DNA from: Eledone cirrhosa
Lineage: Eukaryota
Assembly (NCBI GenBank): GCA_964016885.1
Contig: OZ024757.1
Location: 19,654,001 to 19,718,000 of the forward strand
Reading direction: 5' to 3'
DNA length: 64,000 nt
Part shown: piece after piece, positions 37,405-51,699 of the stretch
Layout of the letters: each line of letters opens with the position of its first letter
Position numbering within the stretch: the stretch's first letter is position 1
The notes under the pieces: generated by a model
Told to the model about the DNA's origin: nothing
Seen by the model: the letters and a program-made list of their open reading frames with translations, nothing else
Databases searched by the model: none
Program-made: the position numbers and the translations under genes

Positions 37405-39500
37405 TATTGTTAGTGGTGTTATTGGTGTTATTGGTGGTGGTGGTGGTGTTGTTGTTGGTGTTATTGGTGTTGGTGATGCTGCTGGTGTTATTGGTGGTGG
37501 TGGTGGTGTTGTTGTTGGTGGTGGCGTTGTTGATGTTGGTGATGTTGGTGGTGTTATTGGTGGTGGTGTTATTGGTGGTGCTGGTGTTGTTGGTGTTGGT
37601 GATGCTGCTGGTGTTATTAGTGTTATTGGTGGTGGTGGTGGTGGTGGTGTTGGTGTTGGTGTTGGTGGTGTTGGTGATGCTGCTGGTGTTATTGGTGTTG
37701 GTGGTGGTGTTGGTGTTGGTGATGCTGCTGGTGTTATTAGTGTTATTGGTGGTGGTGGTGGTGGCGTTGTTGATGTTGGTGGTGTTGGTGGTGTTATTGG
37801 TGGTGGTGTTATTGGTGGTGCTGGTGTTGTTGGTGTTGGTGATGCTGCTGGTGTTATTGGTGGTGGTGGTGGTGGTGGTGGTGGTGGTGTTGGTGTTGGT
37901 GGTGTTGGTGATGCTGCTGGTGTTATTGGTGTTGGTGTTGGTGATGCTGCTGGTGTTATTGGTGGTGGTGGTGGTGTTGTTGTTGGTGGTGGCGTTGTTG
38001 ATGTTGGTGGTGTTATTGGTGGTGGTGTTATTGGTGGTGCTGGTGTTGTTGGTGTTGGTGATGCTGCTGGTGTTATTGGTGTTATTGGTGGTGGTGGTGG
38101 TGGTGTTGGTGTTGGTGGTGTTGGTGATGCTGCTGGTGTTATTGGTGGTGGTGGTGGTGTTGTTGTTGGTGGTGGCGTTGTTGATGTTGGTGATGTTGGT
38201 GGTGTTATTGGTGGTGGTGTTATTGGTGGTGCTGGTGTTGTTGGTGTTGGTGATGCTGCTGGTGTTATTGGTGTTATTGGTGGTGGTGGTGGTGGTGGTG
38301 TTGGTGTTGGTGGTGTTGGTGATGCTGCTGGTGTTATTGGTGTTGGTGGTGGTGTTGGTGTTGGTGATGCTGCTGGTGTTATTAGTGGTGGTGGTGGTGG
38401 TGGTGGTGGCGTTGTTGATGTTGGTGGTGTTGGTGGTGTTATTGGTGGTGGTGTTATTGGTGGTGCTGGTGTTGTTGGTGTTGGTGATGCTGCTGGTGTT
38501 ATTGGTGGTGGTGGTGGTGGTGGTGGTGTTGGTGTTGGTGGTGTTGGTGATGCTGCTGGTGTTATTGGTGTTGGTGTTGGTGATGCTGCTGGTGTTATTG
38601 GTGTTGGTGGTGGTGTTGGTGTTGGTGATGCTGCTGGTGTTATTGGTGGTGGTAGTGATTGTGTTGGTGTTAGTGGTGGTGTTGGTGGTGTTGGTGGTGG
38701 TGTTGGTGATGCTACTGGTGTTATTGGTGGTGTTACTGGTGGTGGTGTCGTTGTTGTTGTTGTTGTTACTGGTGTTATTTGTGGTTGTGTTGGTGGTGTT
38801 ACTGGTGGTGCTGATGTTATTGGTGGTGGTGTTGTTGTTGTTGGTGTTATTGGTGGTGTTACTGGTGTTACTGGTGTTACTGGTTTTGGTGGTGGTGGTG
38901 TTACTAGTGGTGATGGTAGTGTTGTTGTTGGTGTTACTGGTGTTGGTGGTGGTGGTGTTACCGGTGTTGGTGATGTTATTGGTGTAGGTGGTGGTGTTGG
39001 TGGTGTCATTGGTGTTGGTAGTTATTGTGTTGGTGTTAGTGGCAGTGTTGGTGGTGGTGATGGTGTTGGTGTTATTGGTGTTGGTGTTATTGGTGTTGTT
39101 GGTGGTGGTGTTGGTGGTGTCATTGGTGTTGCTAGTTATTGTGTTGGTGGTGGTGGTGATGTTGTTGGTGTTGGTGTTATTGGTGGTGTTAGTGGTGGTG
39201 TTGTTGTTGTTGGTAGTGTTGGTCATGTTACTGGTGTTATTGGTGGTGTTGGTATTGGTGGTGTTGGTGTTATTGGTGGTGTTGGTAGTGATTGTGTTGG
39301 TGTTATTAGTGGTGTTGTTATTGGTGGTGTTATTGGTGGTGTTGTTAGTGGTTGCATTGGTGTTGATGGTGATGATAATGTTGATGGTGGTAGTAGTGGT
39401 GATGGTAGTGGTGGTAGTAATGGTAGTGGTGGCAGTAATGGTAGTAATGGAGGCAGTGCTGGTGGTGGTAGTGGTAGTAATGGTGGTGGTGGTGGTGGTG
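37405..39500. repeat. Cryptic (GGT/GTT/GAT/GCT)n trinucleotide array with higher-order blocks
   Basis: Triplet-periodic and GT-rich. It generates the spurious 640, 551 and 536 aa ORFs. Confidence 0.9.
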
Positions 39501-39599
39501 GAATCCCTATAAAAATGGTAAAATAACCAAATATGTTAAACTATTGGTGGATGATAATGAAGAAACCTGTGATATAGTTTATACTGTAACATATGGTAT

Positions 39600-41100
<1,501 letters not shown>

Positions 41101-42169
41101 CAAAATGAACATGAGTGTGTGTGTGTGTGTTATGTATATATGTGTATATATATATGTGTGTATATGTGTGTATATGTGTGTGTGTTATGTTTGTTGTGTA
41201 CCTGTGTGCTGTATATATATGTGTATATATGTGTGTATACATATATATATATGTGTATAAATGTGTGTTATATGTTTGTTTGTGTTTCTGTGTATATATG
41301 TGTATATATATGTGTGTATATATGTGTGTGTTATGTTTGTTGTGTACCTGTGTGCTGTATATAAATGTGTATATATGTGTTGTTGATTTGTGTACCTTTG
41401 TGGTATACGTGGGTGGTGTATGTGTGTATATATGTGTGTATATATGTGTTTATATATGTGTGTATATATGTGTGTATAAATGTGTGTATATATGTGTGTG
41501 TTATATGTTTGTGTACCTGTGGGCTGTATATATATATGTGTGTATATATATGTGTATGTATGTATATATATATGTGTATATATGTGTGTGTGTTAGATGT
41601 TTGTGTACCTGTGTGCTGTATATATATATGTGTATATATATATATGTTGTTGGTTTGTGTACCTTTGTGGTATACGTGGGTGGTGTATATATATATATAT
41701 ATGTGTATATATATGTGTGTGCATATGTGTATATATATATGTGTGTGTATATGTGTGTATGTTTGTGTACCTGTGTGTGTTACAAGTGGGTGATGTGTAC
41801 AACTCTGCCACTACTGGAATGTATATGATCGACTAAATCAGTATGGTGCTCCAGCATGGCCAACAGTGAAGTGACTGAAACCATGTAGCAGAATATAAGA
41901 ATGACACCAAATAATCCCCTGCCCTCACCTTGCCCCCCCCCCCCCCCCCCCGCTTCATAACCTTGTAAACAACCCCTCCCGCAGGTGTGAGCCCCACACA
42001 CTGGAACGGCTGGTCTTATAAACCAACATGTCTCCCTCACCATCCTCTCGCTGAAACACACTTCTGTATTCTGTAATATGGCCACGGGGGGGGGGGGGGG
42101 GGGCTGCCCTGTGGCCAGCATGTGGGTTCTTGTTTGCTTATGGGAGAGAGATGGGGAAAGACGGATGTA

Positions 42170-42730
42170 GAGAGTGAAAGAGAGAGAGAGAGGTAGTAAG
42201 TGAAAGAGAGAGAGAGGTAGGGAGTGAAAGAGAGAGAGAGAGAGGTAGGGAGTGAAAGAGAGAGAGAGAGAGGTAGGGAGTGAAAGAGAGAGAGAGAGGT
42301 AGTGAGTGAAAGAGAGAGAGAGGTAGTGAGTGAAAGAGAGAGAGAGGTAGTGAGTGAAAGAGAGAGAGAGGTAGTGAGTGAAAGAGAGAGAGGGGTAGGG
42401 AGTGAAAGAGAGAGAGAGAGAGGGGTAGGGAGTGAAAGAGAGAGAGAGAGGTAGTGAGTGAAAGAGAGAGAGAGAGAGAGGTAGTGAGTGAAAGAGAGAG
42501 AGAGGTAGGGAGTGAAAGAGAGAGAGAGAGGTAGTGAGTGAAAGAGAGAGAGAGAGGTAGGGAGTGAAAGAGCGAGAGAGAGAGGTAGTGAGTGAAAGAG
42601 AGAGAGAGAGAGGTAGTGAGAGAGAAAGAGAGGTAGTGAGTGAAAGAGAGAGAGAGAGAGGTAGGGAGTGAAAGAGAGAGAGAGGTAGTGAGTGAAAGAG
42701 AGAGAGAGGTAGTGAGTGAAAGAGAGAACA
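42170..42730. repeat. GTAG(T/G)GAGTGAA(AG)n compound repeat
   Basis: Direct inspection. Confidence 0.85.
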
Positions 42731-42769
42731 TCAACACTCTTGATAAAACAACTAGATGTTATAAACCAA

Positions 42770-43165
42770 ACATTTGGAAGAATCGCTAGAGCGTCGGACA
42801 ACATGCTTAGTGGCATAGAGTTACGGCCCTTTACGTTTTGAGTTCAAATCTCACCGAGGTTAGCTTTGCCTTTCATCCTCACGAGATCGATCAGATAATG
42901 TACCAGTCACGAACTGGGGTCGATTTAATTGACGACATTTTCCCCTCCCTTTCAAATTGCTGGCCGGCCTTTGTGCCTAAAGTAGAAAACATTAGCACAG
43001 AGTTGCGGCCTTTTACGGCATGAGTTCAAATCCCGTCGAGGTTAGCTTTGCCTTTCATCCTTATTAAAGTACCAGCAATGTACCAGGGTCAATTTAATCG
43101 ACTCCCCCCCTCCCCCCCCTCTCTCCTTGATATTGCTGGCCTTGTGCCTAAAGTAGAAACAATTA
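42770..43165 (+). mobile_element. Meta-like SINE, tandem pair
   Basis: GAGTTCAAATC B box and TTTGCCTTTCATCC central domain, twice. Confidence 0.75.
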
Positions 43166-43299
43166 TTTTTAACAAACCTGAGACATAATAATCCCACCTA
43201 AGATATGCTGCACTATTTCACCTTTATCTTATCCAATCATGGCACTGTATTGCTGTGACAGATTTGTGGGGGAGGAGGTGAGGGGTGGGTGGAATACTT

Positions 43300-43985
43300 G
43301 TTGTTGTTGTTGTTGTTGTTTTTCTTCTTTTTCTTCTTTTTCTTCTTTTCTTTTTCTTTTTCTTCTTTTTCTTTTGTTTCTTTTTTTTTTTTTTTTTTTT
43401 CTTCTCTCCTTCCACCTCCTGCCGCCTTCTTTCTTATCCTTCCCTCCGCCTTCTTCTTCACCTTCTTTCGTCTTCTTTCTTCTTCTTTTTCTTCCACCTC
43501 CTGCCCCCTTCTTCCTTATCCTTCCCTCCGCCTTCTTCTTCACCTTCTTTCGTCTTCTTTCTTCTTCTTCTTCTTCTTCTTCTTCTTCTTCTTCTTCCAC
43601 CTCCTGCCCCCTTCTTCCTTATCCTTCCCTCCGCCTTCTTCACCTTCTTTCGTCTTCTTTCTTCTTCTTCTTCTTCTTCTTCTTCTTCTTCTTCTTCCAC
43701 CTCCTGCCCCCTTCTTCCTTATCCTTCCCTCCGCCTTCTTCTTCACCTTCTTTCGTCTTCTTTCTTCTTCTTCTTCTTCTTCTTCTTCTTCTTCTTCTTC
43801 CACCTCCTGCCCCCTTCTTCCTTATCCTTCCCTCCGCCTTCTTCTTCACCTTCTTTCGTCTTCTTCAGTTTTCTTCTTCTTCATCATCTTCTTTTTCTCC
43901 TTCCCCCTCCTGCCCTCTTCTTTCTCATCCTTCCCACCCCTCGCCTTCTTCTTCTTCTTCTTCTTCTTCTTCTTCCTCCCCCTCC
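43300..43985. repeat. Polypyrimidine (CTT)n compound repeat with a unit of about 100 bp
   Basis: CCACCTCCTGCCCCCTTCTTCCTTATCCTTCCCTCCGCC recurs about 5 times. Confidence 0.85.
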
Positions 43986-44440
43986 TCCACTCACTTATTC
44001 CCCTGAGAGGGGTTGTGTGTGTGTGTGTGTGGAGCTGAGTCCTGAAACACTCCTTCCAGTAGCTCCTGTCAGAAGCAACCTTCTCGAACTGATCCGGGTG
44101 GGTGTGTGTGGAGTGGGGATGAGGTGGTGGTGAGGGTGGAGTGGGGGATGAGGTGAGGGTGGAGTGGGGGATGAGGTGGGGGTGGAGTGGGGATGAGGTG
44201 GGGGTGGAGTGAGGATGAGGTGGTGGTGAGGGTGGAGTGGGGGATGAGGTGGTGGCGGGAGTAGAGTGGGAATGAGGTGGTGGTGAGTGTGGAGTGGGGA
44301 TGAGGTGGTGGTGAGTGTGGAGTGGAGATGAGGTGGTGGTGAGGGTGGAATATACTTGGCTTAAAGTTTTTGGTAAATTAAGCTGTGTACTAAGGTTCTC
44401 CTGGGCAAAGACTCTTGTTCTTAATCCTTCAGAAGGTTAC

Positions 44441-44494
44441 CTGGTCCTTTGTGTTTGTACCAGGTTACCTTATTATATAAGATTTTTTTTTCAC
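44441..44494 (-). CDS. Candidate 54-nt (or 26-nt) exon
   Basis: Minus strand TTTCATTTCCAG|GTGAAAAAAAAATCTTATATAATAAG(|GTAACC)TGGTACAAACACAAAGGACCAG|GTAACC, reading xEKKILYNKVTWYKHKGP. Confidence 0.3.
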
Positions 44495-44549
44495 CTGGAA
44501 ATGAAACTCAAGGTGTGTGACTGTAGTTAGTGTGTTGGACTTAGAGTTA

Positions 44550-45003
44550 TCTCTAGGGCGGGTTAAATTCTCGAGATCTATGGACTAGTTCTCTCCAGCG
44601 GTCTCTGTCCCTCATTATTGCTGCCATGTCCCGCGTCTCCAACAGACCAGTGTCTGTCCTTGGGGCATCAACATACGTTAACCTTGGTCTTCTTCCTCCA
44701 GTGTGTCCATGTAAGGGCTTCCACAGGAGCACTGAGTGCAATGTCAACTCTGGATGTCGGTGAGCTGGACATATATATATGTATATATGTCTAAGGCGGG
44801 TAAAATTCCCGAGATCCATGGACTAGTTCTCTCCAGTGGTCTCTGTCCCTCATTATCGCTGCCATGTCCCGCGTCTCCAACAGACCAGTGTCTGTCCTTA
44901 GGGCATCAACATACGTTAACCTTGGTCTTCTTCTTCTAGTGTGTCCATGTAGGGGCTCCCACAGGAGCACTGAGTGTAATGTCAACTCTGGATGTCGGTG
45001 AGC
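44550..45003 (-). mobile_element. Two tandem RTE-like LINE 3' fragments
   Basis: LLWEPLHGHTRRRRPRLTYVD...MRDRDxWR occurs twice. Shorter copies lie at 3775-3865 and 21340-21490. Confidence 0.8.
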
Positions 45004-45029
45004 ATGTCTATCTAACCTCAGTTACAAAA

Positions 45030-45503
45030 TAATTGTTTCTACGTTAGGCACAAGGCCAGCAATACCCAGTGCATTACTGGTACTTTATTTTATCGACCCC
45101 GTAAGGATGAAAGGCAAAGTTAACCTTGGCGGGATTTGAACTCAGAATGGCAAGGGCCGTAACTATACGTCAAAGCATGGCATCCGACCCTCTACCAATA
45201 CTGCCAATCCACCGCCCCTCCAATACTGCCAATCCACCGCCCCTTTATAATGAATTATTGTGTACAGTGCTCAGGAGCACTACAACTCATCAAAGGTGCA
45301 TGTATAATACATAGAATAATTGTTTCTACTTTTGGCACAAGGCCAGCAGTTACTCAGTGTATTACTGGTACTTTATTTTTATCAACCCCCGTAAGGATGA
45401 AAGGCAAAGTTAACCTCGGCGGGATTTGAACTCAGACCAGAAAGGGCCGTAACTCTTTGCTGCACAGCATGGCGTCCGACCCTCTACCGATACTGGCAAT
45501 CCA
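45030..45503 (-). mobile_element. Two Meta-like SINE copies
   Basis: ATCGACCCCGTAAGGATGAAAGGCAAAGTTAACC..GGGATTTGAACTC at 45030-45245 and 45320-45503. Confidence 0.8.
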
Positions 45504-45569
45504 TGTCAGGGAAGTGAATAGTGTACGAGTCATGATATACATGTGTGCATGTGTATGGCGGGGGGAATA

Positions 45570-45720
45570 TTAGGTGTAGTGTTGGCGAATCTCGGGAAGC
45601 ATGGAGGTTTTAAAGGATGCAGTCTCTCGACAGCTAACAACTGATGCAGGGAGTTTGTTCCATGGAGGTTTTAAAGGATGCAGTCTCTCGACAGCTAACA
45701 ACTGCTGCAGGGAGTTTGTA
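45570..45720 (-). mobile_element. CR1/L2-like LINE 3' end with a short internal duplication
   Basis: WNKLPASVVSCRETASFK motif. Confidence 0.65.
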
Positions 45721-45912
45721 TTGTGGGTTTGATTCCTGGACCAGGTTGTGTGTTTAGTGACTGGAACCAGTAAAAGAGTACTGGAATCCATGCATGAATG
45801 GATGCATGGTCCCGTGACACCTGAAGTAGTCGTAGGGGCGCTGTATTGACAGACTGCGTTTCTAGGGCATTTTAAAACTTGGTAGAGTCTATCTTCTTTC
45901 CAGGTCTGAGTA

Positions 45913-45950
<38 letters not shown>

Positions 45951-46074
45951 CCGTTTTATGATCATTTTTTCCATGCTAGCATGGGTTAGACGGGTTGTCC
46001 TGTTGTGGGCAATGCTAGGTCAGGTGACCATGTCTTGCTCCTACAAAACTTATTCTGGCTTGATTTCTACAACT

Positions 46075-47020
46075 GTGTCAAAGCTCTATAGCAGAGTTTG
46101 TCAGTATATTTGGCTGCTATTTCTAGTATGTTGATGGTGGGACTGTGTCAAGGCTATCTAAGCAGAGTCTGTCTGTATATTTGGCTGCTATTTCTAGCAT
46201 GTTGATGGTGGGACTGTGGCAAAGCTCTCTAGCAGAGTCTGCCTGTATATTTGGCTGCTATTTCTAGCTTGTTGATTGAGGGACGGTATCGAGGCTCTCC
46301 AGCAGTCTCTCTCACTCTATATATATTTGGCTGCTATTTCTAGAATGTTGGTTGAGGTACTATATTAAGGCTCTCTAGCAGTCTCTCTCTCTCTCTCTAT
46401 TTGACTGCTATTTCTAGCATGTTGATTGAGCGACTGTATCGAAGCTCTCTAGTAAAGTCTCTCTATATTTGGTTGCCATTTCTAGCTTGTTGATGTTTGG
46501 ACTCTCAAGGCTCTTTAGCAGAGTCTGACTGTATATTTGGCTGCTGTTTCTAGTTTGTTGATTGAGAAACTGTATCAAGGCTCCCTAACAGAGTTTGTTT
46601 GTATATTGGGCTGCTATTTCTAGCATGTTGATTGAGGGACTGTATCGAGGCTCTCTAGCAGTCACTCTCTCTCTCTATATATATATTTGGCTGCTATTTC
46701 TAGCACGTTGATTAAGCGACTATATCAAGGTTCTCTAGCAGAGTCTGTCTCTATATTTGGCAATTATTTCTAGCATGTTGATTATGGGACTGTGTCAAGG
46801 CTCTCTAGCAGAGTCTGTCTGTATATTTGGCTGCTATTTCTAGCATGTTGATTGTGGGACTGTATCAAGGCTCTCTAGCAGAGTCTGTCTGTATATTTGG
46901 CTGCTATTTCTAGCAAGTTGATTGTGGGACTGTGTCAAAGCTCTCTAGCAGAGTTTGTCTGTATATTTGGCTGTTATTTCTAGCATGTTGATTGTGGGAG
47001 TGTGTCAAGGTTTTCTAGCA
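46075..47020. repeat. Minisatellite of about 70 bp (about 13 diverged units)
   Basis: TATATTTGGCTGCTATTTCTAGCATGTTGATTGTGGGACTGTGTCAAGGCTCTCTAGCAGAGTCTGTCTG. Confidence 0.85.
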
Positions 47021-47419
47021 GTCTCTCTCTCTCCCTCTCTCTTGTCAACTCTACTATGTTTATCTATTCAAACTGTCCAGTCAAGCTGACCAGCCAGTAG
47101 TCACCCCCTCTCTCCGTCACTACCCCACTCCACCTCATCTGTGTCAGGCCATATCTATTGATCTGTCATCAGTAAATCAATCAATGCTAATCAATATTTT
47201 GTTTGTAATTTTTGTTTTATATATATATATATATATATATTTTTTACATGAACTAGTTTTTGTTGTTGATTCTCCATGGTGACAATATTTGGCTTCTTGC
47301 TGTTGTTGTTGTTGTTGTTGCTGTTATTATTGCTGTTGTTACTGTTGTTGTGGTTGTTGTTGCTGTTGTTGCAGTTGTTGTTGTTGCAGTTGTTGTCTTA
47401 GATTGTATATGTGTGTCTA

Positions 47420-50170
47420 TGTGGTTAACTTCAGGTCTGTATGTGTGTGTGTGTGGTTAGCTTGTGGTCTGTGTTGGTCTGTGTGTGTTTTTGTGGTTAA
47501 CTTGGGGTCTGTGTGTGAGTGTGTGTGGTTAGCTTGTGGTCTGTGTGTGTCCGTGTGGTTAGCTTGTGGTCTGTGTGTGTCTGTGTGGTTAACTTGGGGT
47601 CTGTGTGTGAGTGTGTGTGGTTAGCTTGTGGTCTGTGTGTGTGTGGTTAGCATGTGGTCTGTGTGTGTGGTTAGCTTGTGGTGTGTGTGTGTGGTTAGCT
47701 TGTAGTCTCTGTGTGGTTAGCTTGTGGTCTTTGTGTGTGTGTGGTTAGCTTGTGGTCTGTGTGTGTGGTTAGCTTGTGGTCTGTGTGTGTGTGGTTAGCT
47801 TGTGGTCTGTGTGTGTGGTTAGCTTGTGGTCTGTTATGTGGTTAGCTTGTGGTCTGTGTGTGGTTAGCTTGTGGTCTGTGTGTGTGGTTAGCTTGTGGTC
47901 TGTGTGTGGTTACCTTGTGGTCTGTGTGTGTGGTTAGCTTGTGGTCTCAGTGTGCATGTGGTTACCTTGTGGTCTGTTATGTGGTTAGCTTATGGTCTTT
48001 GTGTGTGGTTAGCTTGTGGTCTGTGTGTGTGTGGTTAACTTGTGGTCTGTGTGTGTGTGGTTAGCTTGTGGTCTGTGTGTGTGTGGTTAGCTTGTGGTCT
48101 GTGTGTGTGGTTAGCTTGTGGTCTGTGTGTGTGTGGTTAGCTTGTGGTCTCAGTGTGCATATGGTTTCCTTGTGGTCTGTTATGTGGTTAGCTTATGGTC
48201 TTTGTGTGTGTGGTTAGCTTGTGGTCTGTGTGTGTGTGGTTAGCTTGTGGTCTGTGTGTGTGTGGTTAGCTTGTGGTCTGTGTGTGTGGTTAGCTTGTGG
48301 TCTGTGTGTGGTTAGCTTGTGGTCTGTGTGTGTGGTTAGCTTGTGGTCTGTGTGTGTGGTTAGCTTGTGGTCTGTGTGTGTGGTTAGCTTGTGGTCTGTG
48401 TGTGTGGTTAGCTTGTGGTCTGTGTGTGTGGTTAGCTTGTGGTCTGTGTGTGTGGTTAGCTTGTGGTCTGTGTGTGTGGTTAGCTTGTGGTCTGTGTGTG
48501 TGTGGTTAGCTTGTGGTCTGTGTGTGTGTGGTTAGCTTGTGGTCTGTGTGTGTGGTTAGCTTGTGGTCTGTGTGTGTGGTTAGCTTGTGGTCTGTGTGTG
48601 TGGTTAGCTTGTGGTCTGTGTGTGTGTGGTTAGCTTGTGGTCTGTGTGTGTGGTTAGCTTGTGGTCTGTGTGTGTGTGGTTAGCTTGTGGTCTGTGTGTG
48701 TGGTTAGCTTGTCTGTGTGTGTGGTTAGCTTGTGGTCTGTGTGTGTGATTAGCTTGTGGTCTGTGTGTGTGGTTAGCTTGTGGTCTGTGTGTGTGGTTAG
48801 CTTGTGGTCTGTGTGTGTGGTTAGCTTGTGGTCTGTGTGTGTGGTTAGCTTGTGGTCTGTGTGTGTGTGTGTGGTTAGCTTGTGGTCTGTTATGTGGTTA
48901 GCTTGTGGTATCAGTGTGCATATGGTTTCCTTGTGGTCTGTTATGTGGTTAGCTTATGGTCTTTGTGTGTGTGTGGTTAGCTTGTGGTCTCTGTGTGTGT
49001 GGTTAGCTTGTGGTCTGTTATGTGGTTAGCTTGTGGTCTCAGTGTGCATATGGTTTCCTTGTGGTCTGTTATGTGGTTAGCTTATGGTCTTTGTGTGGGT
49101 GTGGTTAGCTTGTGGTCTGTGTGGTTAGCTTGTGGTCTGTGTGTGTGGTTAGCTTGTGGTCTGTGTGTGTGTGTCGTTAGCTTGTGGTCTGTTATGTGGT
49201 TAGCTTGTGGTCTGTGTGTGTGTGGTTAGCTTGTGGTCTGTGTGTGTGTGGTTAGCTTGTGGTCTGTGTGTGGTTAGCTTGTGGTCTGTTATCTGGTTAG
49301 CTTGTGGTCTGTGTCTGTGTGTGTGTGGTTAGCTTGTGGTCTGTGTGTGTGGTTAGCTTGTGGTCTGTGTGTGGTTAGCTTGTGGTCTGTGTGTGTGTGG
49401 TTAGCTTGTGGTCTGTGTGTGTGGTTAGCTTGTGGTCTGTGTGTGGTTAGCTTGTGGTCTGTCTGTGTGTGGTTAGCTTGTGGTCTGTGTGTGTGTGGTT
49501 AGCTTGTGGTCTCTGTGTGCGTGTGGTTACCTTGTGGCCTGTTATGTGGTTAGCTTATGGTCTTTGTGTGTGTGTGGTTACTTGTGGTCTGTGTGTGTGG
49601 TTAGCTTATGGTCTGTGTTTGTGTGGTTAGCTTATGGTCTGTGTTTGTGTGGTTAGCTTGTGGTCTGTGTGTGTGTGGTTAGCTTGTGGTCTGTGTGTGT
49701 GTGGTGAGCTTGTGGATTGTGTGTGTGTGTGTGTGTGGTTAGCTTGTGGTCTGTGTGTGTGGTTAGCTTGTGGTCTGTGTGTGTGGTTAGCTTATGGTCT
49801 GTGTTTGTGTGGTTAGCTTGTGGTCTGTGTGTGGTTAGCTTGTGGTCTGTGTGTGTGTGGTTAGCTTGTGGTCTGTGTGTGTGTGGTGAGCTTGTGGATT
49901 GTGTGTGTGTGTGTGTGTGGTTAGCTTGTGGTCTGTGTGTGTGGTTAGCTTGTGGTCTGTGTGTGTGGTTAGCTTATGGTCTCTGTGTGCGTGTGGTTAC
50001 CTTGTGGTCTGTTATGTGGTTAGCTTATGGTCTTTGTGTGTGTGTGGTTAGCTTGTGGTCTGTGTGTTCTTAGCTTGTGGTCTGTGTGTGTGTGTGTGTG
50101 TGGTTAGCTTGTGGTCTGAATGTGTGGTTTGCTTGTGGTTTAAATGTGTGGTTAGCTTGTGGTCTGTGTG
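47420..50170. repeat. Compound minisatellite GTGGTTAGCTTGTGGTCT(GT)n
   Basis: Units of about 22-28 bp with variable GT count. Confidence 0.9.
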
Positions 50171-51521
50171 TGTATGTGAATGGTTTGTGTGTGTGTGTGT
50201 GAATGTGGTTTGGTTTTTGTGTATGTGTGGTTAGTGTGTGAATGTGTGTGTGTGGATTGTGCCGAACAACAACAACAAAGGGTTTACTGGGTGCATTCTA
50301 TCATGGCAGCAACACTACCATTTTACAGAGTGTACTGGGTGTATTTTATTGTGGCATTAAGACTACCATTTTACAAAGTGTACTGGGTTTATTTTATTGT
50401 GGCATTAAGACTACAATTTTACAGAGTGTACTGGGTGTATGTTATTGTGGTATTAAAACTACCATTTTACAGAGTGTACTGGGTGTATTTTATTGTGGCA
50501 TTGACTACCATTTTACAGAGTGTACTGGGTGTATTTTATTGTGGCATTAAGACTACCATTTTACAGAGTGTACTAGGTGTATTTTATTGTGGCATTAAGA
50601 CTACCATATACAGAGTGTACTGGGTGTATTTTATCATGATATTAAGACTACTATTTTACAGAGTGTACTGGGTGTATTTTTCTCTTTTTCACTCCCCATA
50701 CATGCACGCATACACCCCACCACCACCACCACCAACAACAAACACATGAACAGATACACACCCACACACATATACCCCCATACTTACCCACTATAAGGTT
50801 CTGAAGCTTGTTCCCCCCCCCCCCCCCCCTTTTTTTTTTTCGTAGTTGGAACAGTGAGATAAGTGTGTCTGATGGGAGAAGTGGTGGTGGTGGTGGTGAT
50901 GGTGGTGTGGAGGTGGTGGTGGTGGTGTGGAGGTGGTGGTGGCGGTGGTGATGGTGGTGTGGAGGTGGTGGTGGTGGTGGTGGTAGTGTGGTGTTGGTGG
51001 TGTGGAGGTGGTGGTGGTGGTGTGGTGTTGGTGGTGGTGATGGTGGTGTGGAGGTGGTGGTGTGGTGATGGTGGTGGTGGTGGTGTCTGATGGGAGGATT
51101 GATGATGGTGGTGGTGGTGGTATGATGGTGGTTGTGGCGGTGGTGTTGGTGTAGGGGGGTGGTGTATATATAATGGTGGTAGTGGTGTAGGTAGTGGTGG
51201 TACATGGCTATTAAGGAATGTAGTCTGTGTATTGGAATAACCAATACACACTGGCGGCAGACAATGAAACATAAAAACCAAACAAATGTATGTATGTGTG
51301 TGTGTGTGTGTGTGTGTGAGACTGGGTGTGTATGTATCTAATATATATATATATACACATATATATATATCTTTTTATACACACACACACATATATATGT
51401 ATGTAATAAATATATTTTTTCATTCAGACATATATACATACATATACACATTTACATGTGTATATGTATATATTTCAAAACACACACATACATTTATACA
51501 TACACACATACATATATATAT

Positions 51522-51575
<54 letters not shown>

Positions 51576-51699
51576 TATATACACATGTAAAGTCCGTCAG
51601 ATCTAATATAAACTGTATCAATATTGCTGTAGTTTGTTTTGAGTCTGTTTGTATTTTTTTTTCTTTGCAGTTTTTATTGCATAGGTACTATCACTAGTG

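Noticed and set aside
37304-39512. 640-aa T/N-rich, 551-aa V/L-rich and 536-aa P/T-rich ORFs (mucin-like)
   Set aside because: Several frames on both strands are open because the triplet repeat lacks stops. There is no signal peptide, domain or credible splice context.
44040-44100. Possible small exon (VAPVRSNLLELIR)
   Set aside because: The opposite strand reads FEKVASDRSYWKE, resembling an RTE LINE C-terminus, and the donor is weak.
43224-44133. K/E/R-rich and F/L/S-rich ORFs
   Set aside because: Translations of a (CTT)n polypyrimidine compound repeat.
47420-50170. Telomere-like GGTTAG motif array
   Set aside because: The motif is embedded in a longer GTGGTTAGCTTGTGGTCT(GT)n unit, with no (TTAGGG)n run.
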